Part shown: positions 29,343 to 37,465 of the stretch, in pieces
Layout: each line of letters starts with the position of its first letter
Position numbering within the stretch: the stretch's first letter is position 1
NCBI GenBank assembly: GCA_030699455.1
Contig: JAUYMN010000017.1
Location: forward strand, 1 to 51,882
Source of the DNA: Nanobdellota archaeon
Lineage (GTDB): Archaea > Nanobdellota > Nanobdellia > SCGC-AAA011-G17 > UBA489
Reading direction: 5' to 3'
Length of the DNA: 51,882 nucleotides
Made by a program: the position numbers and the translations under genes
Notes under the pieces: model-generated
What the model was told of the DNA's origin: nothing
What the model saw: the letters and a program-made list of their open reading frames with translations, nothing else
The model's database searches: none

Positions 29343-30820
29343 TTGAGGAATACAAAGTAAAGACAGATGACCTTGTTTTGAACGTTTCTATTCTTGGTGG
29401 TAAGGGACTTACTAAAAGCTATTTTGTTGCTGTTCCAAATATAACCACTGCCACAAGGGCATTGATGGATCATATAAAGCAGGGCCTAGTTAATGAGATA
29501 GCAATAAGCAACAAAGAGATATTGGATCCAAATTCTATTACAATATTAAAAGAAAGATTTAGTAAAAAAGCCAAAATCCTTCTCAAGACAAGAGTGACAA
29601 GCATGCCAGATGAAACTATAAATTTCCTGGTTAACGTTTTGATTCAGGAGATGCTTGGTCTTGGTGAGATTGAATATTTATTAAATGACGCTAACTTAGA
29701 AGAGATTGTCATTACCTCATGCAATGAGCCTGTGAGAGTGTATCATAAAGTGCATGGATGGCTTGAAACAAATATAATTCCAAAAAGTGAAGATCAAATA
29801 CTAAACTATGCCAACATAATAGGAAGAAGGGTTGGAAGACAGATTACTGCATTAACACCTTTGTTGGATGCACATTTAGTTACTGGGGATAGGGCAAATG
29901 CTGTTTTATTCCCAATATCAACCAAAGGGCATACTATAACTATTCGTAAATTCTCAAGAGATCCATGGACATTAGTAAGCTTCTGCAAAAATAAAACAGT
30001 TACGCCTGAAGTTCTTGCATTGGTCTGGCTTTCGATACAGTATGAAATGAATGTTCTTATTAGCGGTGGAACTGCTTCTGGAAAAACAAGTTTTCTTAAC
30101 ATATGCATGCCGTTCATACCTCCTAACCAAAGAATCGTGAGCATTGAGGACACCAGAGAGCTTCAGTTGCCCAAATTTCTTTATTGGTGCCCGTTAACTG
30201 TAAGACAACCAAATCCAGAAGGCAAGGGAGAAGTTTCTATGCTTGACCTTCTTATCAACTCCCTGCGTATGAGACCAGATAGGATCATATTAGGAGAGAT
30301 GAGAAGAAAGGATCAGGCTGAGGTTTTGTTTGAAGCAATGCATACCGGACATTCGGTTTGTGCCACCGTCCACGCAGATTCCATTCAGGAGACTATTCAA
30401 AGATTGGTGAATCCCCCTATTGAAGTTCCAAAAAATCTTCTATCCGGAGTCAACCTTAATGTTGTGATGTTTAGGGATAGAAGATCTGGAAAAAGAAGAA
30501 CCCTGCAAGTTGGTGAGTTTGTTCCTTCAATGGATGAATTAGGATCTACAGTCAAGCCACACATGATGTACAGGTGGAAGCCTGTCAAAGATGAGATTGT
30601 TGAAACGGCTGCACCTGTAAGGCTATACTCCGAGATTGCAAGGCTTACCGGCATGTCCCTTACTGATATAAACAAAGATTTATTGATTAAACAAAATTTA
30701 ATCAAATGGATGATGAAAAAAGATTACAAATCGGTTGATGAAGTCGGCTCCATTATAAGAAGATATTATTCTGATCCAAAGTCTGTTATTGATAATTCGG
30801 GAGCAGGTGATAATGTTTAA
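29309..30820 (+). CDS. type II/IV secretion (pilus assembly) ATPase, VirB11/CpaF family (start uncertain)
   Basis: Walker A GGTASGKTS, Asp box SIEDTREL, LRMRPDRIILGEMR, His box HTGHSVCATVHA. Confidence 0.95.
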   Translation: MEKEGERGRGVIEEYKVKTDDLVLNVSILGGKGLTKSYFVAVPNITTATRALMDHIKQGLVNEIAISNKEILDPNSITILKERFSKKAKILLKTRVTSMPDETINFLVNVLIQEMLGLGEIEYLLNDANLEEIVITSCNEPVRVYHKVHGWLETNIIPKSEDQILNYANIIGRRVGRQITALTPLLDAHLVTGDRANAVLFPISTKGHTITIRKFSRDPWTLVSFCKNKTVTPEVLALVWLSIQYEMNVLISGGTASGKTSFLNICMPFIPPNQRIVSIEDTRELQLPKFLYWCPLTVRQPNPEGKGEVSMLDLLINSLRMRPDRIILGEMRRKDQAEVLFEAMHTGHSVCATVHADSIQETIQRLVNPPIEVPKNLLSGVNLNVVMFRDRRSGKRRTLQVGEFVPSMDELGSTVKPHMMYRWKPVKDEIVETAAPVRLYSEIARLTGMSLTDINKDLLIKQNLIKWMMKKDYKSVDEVGSIIRRYYSDPKSVIDNSGAGDNV

Positions 30821-30822
30821 GA

Positions 30823-31707
30823 ATGATTAAGATACCATTTTCTATTCTGCCACAAAAGAAACTTTTTGGTTTCTCCAAATATTGTAGAGGTATCGCTCAG
30901 AAAATTGACAAGAAAGTTCCTTTTTTGGAAGTGCATCTAAAACAGGCTGAGTCAAGGCTGAGTTCAATAGATTACATAAGTATGTGCATTGTTTCTTCCG
31001 GATTCATGCTGATATTTTTTCTGTTTATTTCGATGACTTCGTTAAAATTTGGAGCCAGCTGGTATCTTCCTGTCATAGTTTCGTTTGTGATAGCCACTTT
31101 TATGTTCATGCAGCAGATGGCTTATCCCAACCTTATTGCACAGCAGAGGGTAAGACTAATTGAAAGAAACTTACTGCCTGCACTGCAGGATATGCATGTT
31201 GAGTTGAATGCAGGAGTTCCAATGTTCAATATTCTTGTCAATATCTCTAATGGTAAGTATGGTGCTGTATCTGATGAGATAGGTCGCGCTGTGAAAGAAA
31301 TTAATGCGGGAATGGATCAGGTTGAAGCGCTAGAGATACTTGCTGTTAGAAACCCATCTCTTCTTTTTAGGAGATCACTGTGGCAGATTGTAAACGGCAT
31401 GAAAAGCGGTGCAGACATAGGAAATCTCATCAAAGATGTTATGGACAGCATATCTGATGAGCAATTGACACAGATTCAGAAATATGGCGGACAATTAAGT
31501 CCTCTTGCCTTATTTTATATGCTTGTTGCTGTCATAGCCCCATCACTTGGAACTACTTTTGTCATTGTCTTATCTTCATTCATTGCATTAGAGCCACAGT
31601 TTGTAAAGATGATATTTTATGGGATATTGGTTTTTGCATTATTCATGCAGATTGCATTTATGGGCATGATAAAATCTAGGAGGCCGTCATTGGTAACATA
31701 CGATTAA
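30823..31707 (+). CDS. type II secretion F / TadB-C platform membrane protein
   Basis: IERNLLPAL..GKYGAVSDEI..EINAG..PSLLFRRSLWQI, TM helices, follows ATPase. Confidence 0.88.
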   Translation: MIKIPFSILPQKKLFGFSKYCRGIAQKIDKKVPFLEVHLKQAESRLSSIDYISMCIVSSGFMLIFFLFISMTSLKFGASWYLPVIVSFVIATFMFMQQMAYPNLIAQQRVRLIERNLLPALQDMHVELNAGVPMFNILVNISNGKYGAVSDEIGRAVKEINAGMDQVEALEILAVRNPSLLFRRSLWQIVNGMKSGADIGNLIKDVMDSISDEQLTQIQKYGGQLSPLALFYMLVAVIAPSLGTTFVIVLSSFIALEPQFVKMIFYGILVFALFMQIAFMGMIKSRRPSLVTYD

Positions 31708-31708
31708 G

Positions 31709-32683
31709 ATGATAAGAATAATTGCAAAATTGTATCCAGAAAAAATAAGGGCAAGCTATAAGACACTGCTGGGCTATGTAGGAATATCCACGCCTTTGGA
31801 GACCTACTTAACGTTTATATTTGCAATTACTACAGCCAGCTCAATAATATTTGCATTTTTGCTGAATTTATTTCTAGGTTTTAATCTCTTTTTAGGGCTT
31901 GTTGGCATGTTTTTATTATCTCAACTGCTGGCACATTCGTGGCTTACATTAAATGCTGACGCGAGGGGGAAGTTTGTTGAAGACTTACTGCCAGACTTAT
32001 TACAGCTGATGGCTTCTAATCTAAGGGCAGGATATACATTAGACAGGGCATTATTGCTTGCTGCAAGACCTGAATTTGGAAGATTTAAAGATGAGATAAA
32101 TCGGGCAGGAAAAGATGTTGCAACAGGCAAAAACTTCAATGAAGCCCTGCTGGAAATGAGTGACAGGATAAAATCGGAAAAGCTTAGTAAAACTGTTCAG
32201 CTTATTGTTGCTGGTCAGAGAAGCGGAGGCTCACTTGTTGATTTATTGTCGCAATCTGCTGGAAATTTAAGGCAACAAAAGTTGATAGATGAAAGAATAA
32301 GATCTGGCGTTTTGGTTTATGTTATATTTATATTTGCTGCGATTGGTTTTGGTTCACCTGTATTGTTCAGCTTAAGCTCCTTTTTAATTGATATTATGAA
32401 AAATATTTTTTCTGAAGTTGATATTCCTGATACTGGCGGAAATATTGGCATTCCCATAAGTTTTTCTGAAATAAACCTTGATTCAACTTTTGTTGTGCAA
32501 TACACTATCCTGTCAATGATTATAACTTCTGTAATGGGCTCTTTGATTATCGGATTAATCTCAAAAGGAAAGAAAAAAGCAGGTCTTAAATATATCCCAA
32601 TATTGATTGTCCTTACAATTTCCTTGTTCTTTATTGTTAGATTTTTAATATCCACTATGCTTGGAGGATTGTTCAACATATAG
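31709..32683 (+). CDS. type II secretion F / TadC platform membrane protein
   Basis: LPDLLQLMASNLRAG..ARPEFG..RIKSEKL..SGGSL. Confidence 0.9.
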   Translation: MIRIIAKLYPEKIRASYKTLLGYVGISTPLETYLTFIFAITTASSIIFAFLLNLFLGFNLFLGLVGMFLLSQLLAHSWLTLNADARGKFVEDLLPDLLQLMASNLRAGYTLDRALLLAARPEFGRFKDEINRAGKDVATGKNFNEALLEMSDRIKSEKLSKTVQLIVAGQRSGGSLVDLLSQSAGNLRQQKLIDERIRSGVLVYVIFIFAAIGFGSPVLFSLSSFLIDIMKNIFSEVDIPDTGGNIGIPISFSEINLDSTFVVQYTILSMIITSVMGSLIIGLISKGKKKAGLKYIPILIVLTISLFFIVRFLISTMLGGLFNI

Positions 32684-32732
32684 TATGAATTGCCCAAAAA
32701 GACTTTTATATATGTAAACTGCCAGATATGTT

Positions 32733-33428
32733 ATGGCAGGAGAAAGAGTTGGCACCGGAATTCCAAATCTGGATAAACTTATTGAGGGCGGATTTAAGCA
32801 GGGGTCAATAAATCTTGTTGCTGGCAATGCAGGGAGCGGAAAAACAACAATGGCCATGCAGTTCATAATGGATGGTCTGAAAAAAGGAGAACCTGCTGTT
32901 TTTGTTTCTCTTGAAGAAACAAAGGAAAAGATTTTTGCTGATTTTATTGAGTTTGGATGGGATCTTGAACAGTATGAAAGAAATGGTCTCTTGAGATTTT
33001 TAGAATATGGTCCTGATCAGATTGGAAGACTAGTTGCTGAGGGTGGCGGTACTTTGGATGTTATGATTACACAGATAAATGCAAAAAGACTTGTGCTTGA
33101 TTCCATATCTTCATTTTCAGGAGTTTTCAGTAGCAGGGCAACAAGAAGAAGTTCTTCGATGGCATTCTTTGATTTAATATATAGGTGGGGCTGTACCGCA
33201 CTTGTGACGAGCCAAGCAACAAAGGTTGATGCTGATGATATTGAAGCAGAGCTTGAATTTGAGGTGGATGGAATAATTGTGCTTCACCACTTTAAGAAAA
33301 AAGGTGAAAGAGAAAGAGCAATTGAAATTCTAAAAATGAGAGGCACTAAAATACCTGAAAAAACAATGAAGATGACGCTTAGCAGTAAAGGTATTGATGT
33401 TGAACCAACAAAAGTTGTTTCTATCTAA
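32733..33428 (+). CDS. single-domain KaiC/RecA-superfamily ATPase
   Basis: RVGTGIPNLDKLIEGGF, GNAGSGKTT, VSLEE, RLVLDS, VDGII, IEILKMRGT. Confidence 0.92.
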   Translation: MAGERVGTGIPNLDKLIEGGFKQGSINLVAGNAGSGKTTMAMQFIMDGLKKGEPAVFVSLEETKEKIFADFIEFGWDLEQYERNGLLRFLEYGPDQIGRLVAEGGGTLDVMITQINAKRLVLDSISSFSGVFSSRATRRSSSMAFFDLIYRWGCTALVTSQATKVDADDIEAELEFEVDGIIVLHHFKKKGERERAIEILKMRGTKIPEKTMKMTLSSKGIDVEPTKVVSI

Positions 33429-33891
33429 ATACCATTTCCACTGCATCATCCCTTGATAAAAACTCTTCCTGTCTAATATCATCAATTATGTAATAAACGT
33501 GTTTTTCAATGATATTAAATTCTTTTTCAAGCCGGTATATGAAATCCTCAAGGTCTTTCATATTTCTAAATATTGCCTCAAACATAAAATCATAACCATT
33601 ATTTATCCTGTATGCATTATTTATGTTTTGATGCGTCTTTAAGACATTATTTATTTTTTCTCTATCTCCTCTTTCTACCTTTAGTATTATCTTTGCCCTG
33701 CTGTTAAACCCCAGAAGTTGAAAATCAATCAGAGATATATTCCTCTTGATTAATCCACCCGTATGAATCTTCAGCCTGTCAAAGATAGTTGATACTGGCA
33801 GTCCTGTTTTTCTTGATATTTTTGTAAGCATCTCTCTCGAGTTTTTTCTTAACTGGGATACTATGCTTATGTCTTTTTTTGTTATTTTCAT
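33421..33891 (-). CDS. Lrp/AsnC family regulator
   Basis: LRKNSREMLTKISRKTGLPVSTIFDRL HTH; YRINNGYDFM RAM domain; ATG 33891 preferred. Confidence 0.9.
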   Translation of the reverse strand: MKITKKDISIVSQLRKNSREMLTKISRKTGLPVSTIFDRLKIHTGGLIKRNISLIDFQLLGFNSRAKIILKVERGDREKINNVLKTHQNINNAYRINNGYDFMFEAIFRNMKDLEDFIYRLEKEFNIIEKHVYYIIDDIRQEEFLSRDDAVEMVFR

Positions 33892-34039
33892 AATCGAAAT
33901 TCCTCCACATTTTTTGATTAAATTTCTGATATATGGCAATAGTTTTCGGAAAGTAGAAAAGAATTCTGATTAAATTATAATAATAATTATAATATTATAA
34001 TATCCAAATATATTTAAATAAAATGGTTTAAAGTATCTT

Positions 34040-34945
34040 ATGGCAAGGAGAAAGGTATCCCTAATTGGTCCTTCTACCCTTATGGTTAGCCTCCCCAGCA
34101 AATGGGTAAAAGAATTTGGCATCAAGAAGGGAGATGAGGTAGACATCAATGTTAATGGCAGTAGTTTATTGGTTGAAACATCAAAATTGAAGAAAAATGA
34201 GGTTAAGAAGCTGGATATTTCTAACTTAAGCTCAAACTTAATAAGATACTTTATCTATTCTTCTTATAGAAACGGAAATGGTGAGATAGAGCTGAGTTTT
34301 GATGATGAACATGTCATTGATTGCAATACCAAGAAGAAAGAACTTGTATTAGATGTTATAAGCTCTGTTGTTGAGAATCTTGTTGGCGTTGAGATAATGG
34401 TTCAGAGGGAAAGATATGTTTTGATAAGGGAAATATCAACTGTTAACAGAGATGAATTTGCAAATACACTCGGAAGAATATTTGTTACTCTTGTTAATTC
34501 CTCCAATGATATAAGGAGTGCAATGAAAAACAATAATAAAGAGTTATTAGACAGAATTAAAAAATCTTCTGATAAAAAAATAAACAAGCTTTGTGATTTT
34601 TGCTTCAGAATAATCAACAAAGGTGGCATTGTTGAAAATAGCAAGGTTCCTTTTTATTATTCCATAATATCCGTACTAGAAGAATTGGGTGATGCTTTGG
34701 AGGATATATGCAAAATTGCCATTGAAGGCAGAGTAAGCGATGAAGAAATATCAAAGGTTAACAAAACTTTTGAAATATTGTACAAGCTATTCTGCAGTTA
34801 TAAAAAGGAAACATTAAATGACTTTTACAAGCAGAAAAATGAAATTAGAGATTTTAAAACGCATGGAGACATGGGAATAGCCTTTTCCAAAATAGCATCA
34901 TGCTGCTCCAGCATAATACCTGAGATGATATCCCTAAACCTATAA
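34040..34945 (+). CDS. AbrB-domain / PhoU-like regulator
   Basis: RRKVSLIGPSTLMVSLPSKWVKEFGIKKGDEV; helical PhoU-like LEELGD region. Confidence 0.85.
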   Translation: MARRKVSLIGPSTLMVSLPSKWVKEFGIKKGDEVDINVNGSSLLVETSKLKKNEVKKLDISNLSSNLIRYFIYSSYRNGNGEIELSFDDEHVIDCNTKKKELVLDVISSVVENLVGVEIMVQRERYVLIREISTVNRDEFANTLGRIFVTLVNSSNDIRSAMKNNNKELLDRIKKSSDKKINKLCDFCFRIINKGGIVENSKVPFYYSIISVLEELGDALEDICKIAIEGRVSDEEISKVNKTFEILYKLFCSYKKETLNDFYKQKNEIRDFKTHGDMGIAFSKIASCCSSIIPEMISLNL

Positions 34946-34946
34946 A

Positions 34947-36293
34947 ATGAAATATAGACCGAAAAAAAAGAGTTTTTTAGACTCGCTTAGGAACGTTGGG
35001 ATAGTTATTGCCTTATTGGCTGTATTGCTAGTGCTGTTTAGCATAGCCTCGGTTGTAACCAACTTTGGAAGCAGCATTGATAAAACAATAACAGGGGAAG
35101 TCATCAAAATAAAAAATGATGGAAGCGAAGAAATCAACAATTCTGCCGTAAATAACTTTGAAGAACCGAAATGCTGGACCGACAGCGGATTAAACGAACA
35201 GGACTTTGTTGTTATAGGCAATGCCGTCAGCGGATTAGACTGTCCCAGCAATGAAAAAAAAGACATTCGCGGGGTTTTAAAGGACAATTGTGCAATTATT
35301 TATATTACTGATGAAGGTTATGTTGAGCTTTGTTCAGATGGCTCCAAACCCAATATTAATGTCAATCTTATAAAAGAAAGCGGAGCTAATGGTAATCTAT
35401 CTGATTTTGGTGTGCCTGAAAGAAATTATTATGGATATATCCTTTTCTTCATCGCACTGATTATTGTTGTATTATTCTGGAGAGAATATGAAATGAGTGT
35501 AAGAACTAGCTATGATATACGTGCTGAGAAAGCATATCTGGAAAGAAGAGCCATGAAGAGGCATATTGAAGATAGAAAGAAACCGATTGAAAAAAAGGAA
35601 ATTTATGTTCCCAATGCACCATTTTATGATGAAGACGCTGCAAGAAACAAGATGGTTACTGAAGCAAAAATGAAAAAATCAGATATTCAAATAACAGAAA
35701 TAAATAAAGCAAAAAAAAATAATTTAATATCTGAATTTAACAAACTTTCTGACAGCATTAATGAATCGATAATACTTGGAAGACTCCATGAGAGCAGAAA
35801 AAATTATGTAAAACTATTTGATATATATGCAAAACTTATACTTCTTGTCAGTGAGGGAAACAGAAAAAACCTTGATGGTGTTATGGAATACCTTTGCACA
35901 TATCTTGGATCATTGGAAAAATTAAAAGGTACAAAGAGGGAGGGTGTTGAGGATAAAGCAAGGAAAGAAAAAAGCAATACAATAAAACCTAAGGGAAAGA
36001 TTTTAACAATGGATGAACTTGAAACCATGAAGAACCTCATAAAAGAAAAACATTATATGCAGGCAAAAAACATGTTCCAGAATGAAAATATCAAAGACTT
36101 TGAAATTAAAAACGTGGCAAAAAACATTGTTCATAAAAAAGACAAACTTGATGAAATAGAAGTATTACATGATAAGGTGATGAAAAAGGGTGTTGTTAAT
36201 GTTGCAGAAGAAGATTATTACAGATTTATGATGGACATGGATGCATTGAGAGAACAACTGAAGAAAAAAATAAAAAATAAAAAGAAAAGTTAA
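34947..36293 (+). CDS. two-TM membrane protein with external Cys domain and basic cytoplasmic tail
   Basis: TM1 followed by ITGEVI; TM2 YYGYILFFIALIIVVLFW. Confidence 0.72.
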   Translation: MKYRPKKKSFLDSLRNVGIVIALLAVLLVLFSIASVVTNFGSSIDKTITGEVIKIKNDGSEEINNSAVNNFEEPKCWTDSGLNEQDFVVIGNAVSGLDCPSNEKKDIRGVLKDNCAIIYITDEGYVELCSDGSKPNINVNLIKESGANGNLSDFGVPERNYYGYILFFIALIIVVLFWREYEMSVRTSYDIRAEKAYLERRAMKRHIEDRKKPIEKKEIYVPNAPFYDEDAARNKMVTEAKMKKSDIQITEINKAKKNNLISEFNKLSDSINESIILGRLHESRKNYVKLFDIYAKLILLVSEGNRKNLDGVMEYLCTYLGSLEKLKGTKREGVEDKARKEKSNTIKPKGKILTMDELETMKNLIKEKHYMQAKNMFQNENIKDFEIKNVAKNIVHKKDKLDEIEVLHDKVMKKGVVNVAEEDYYRFMMDMDALREQLKKKIKNKKKS

Positions 36294-36327
36294 TAAAGGT
36301 ATTTATAAATAGGAATATTGAGCAAAA

Positions 36328-36975
36328 ATGGGGTTATTTGGCAAGAAAAAAAAAGAGATTGTAAGGCTTCCTGAACTGCCTCGATTTGAGGATGATTTAG
36401 GATTGGACCTTGAAAGAGAGTTATCCGATAGAAAACCGGAACTGCCTTCTTATGATTCTCCTTTTTCAAAAGATAATGCAGATGCCACTGTGATAGGAAA
36501 ATATCCTGAAAAAGATTTTAATGCTCCCATAGATGAAACCTATTTTGAAAAACCAAAGAAGACCTATGAGGAAAGAATTCCTTCAAGCAATCCCAACAAA
36601 TTAGTTTTAGGAAACCCAGAGATTAACCATGATTCTCCATTTAGAAAAGATGTTCCTTTCAAGACCGATGAGATAATTCCATCATTCAAGAGCGTTGATT
36701 CTGTAAAAAATCAGCCTAAGCCTGACAGGAGACCATTTGAAATTCCTAGAAAGCTCATGGATAAAAGACCAGTATTTGTCCAGATAGATAATTACCGGGA
36801 AGCAATGAATGATATTGAGCTGATGAAACAAAAAGTACGAGAAGTTGAATACATACTCGATAGGCTAAACGAAATAAAATCACAGGAATCTTTAGAAATA
36901 AGTAATTGTGAGACTTCTTTGGAAAAGATAAAAGAAAAATTAGTTGAAATTGATAAGAGGCTATTTGAGATTTGA
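36328..36975 (+). CDS. hypothetical protein, Pro-rich N-half and coiled-coil C-terminus
   Basis: MGLFGKKKK..LPELP; PVFVQIDNY followed by heptads. Confidence 0.75.
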   Translation: MGLFGKKKKEIVRLPELPRFEDDLGLDLERELSDRKPELPSYDSPFSKDNADATVIGKYPEKDFNAPIDETYFEKPKKTYEERIPSSNPNKLVLGNPEINHDSPFRKDVPFKTDEIIPSFKSVDSVKNQPKPDRRPFEIPRKLMDKRPVFVQIDNYREAMNDIELMKQKVREVEYILDRLNEIKSQESLEISNCETSLEKIKEKLVEIDKRLFEI

Positions 36976-36976
36976 T

Positions 36977-37435
36977 ATGACAATACATGCAAGATTAGAC
37001 AATCCACTTGAATTAAGACGGGATATATTGGAATGCGCAGTTATTTCTACTGATGCAGTCAGGTGTGGAGAAAACATTAGGGAACTTGAAAGGGAGAAGA
37101 AGAAGCTTAACACCCAGCTGAAAAAAAATCTTAATGAACTGAAGAAAATGATAAGCAATACTGAGAAAGATCTTCCAAAACTACCGAAAGAAGAGAACAT
37201 GAGAGCAAGAAAGGAAGACATGAGAATGATAATGCAAGAAGATATTAGCGAAGAGCTTGGTGAGGTAAAGCCTTTTGAGGAAATAAGAAAGAATATAGAG
37301 AACATAAGCAAAAAGGATTTAAAAAAGCTCAAGAAAAAGGCTGCCAGTATTGAAGAAAGGAGAAGCCTGAATGAAGAACTGGACATGATTCGCAGCAGAA
37401 TTGCTGGTTTGAATAGGTTGATTCCGGAAGAATAG
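36977..37435 (+). CDS. hypothetical coiled-coil protein
   Basis: ATG 1 bp after previous stop; RLDNPLELRRDILE, K/E-rich. Confidence 0.72.
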   Translation: MTIHARLDNPLELRRDILECAVISTDAVRCGENIRELEREKKKLNTQLKKNLNELKKMISNTEKDLPKLPKEENMRARKEDMRMIMQEDISEELGEVKPFEEIRKNIENISKKDLKKLKKKAASIEERRSLNEELDMIRSRIAGLNRLIPEE

Positions 37436-37465
37436 TTTTAAATAATTCTGCATTAAGATTAGAAT

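Noticed and set aside
32733-33428. Circadian clock KaiC
   Set aside because: Single domain, no kaiA/kaiB, and the S/T phosphosite position reads LEFEVD; a generic archaeal KaiC-like ATPase.
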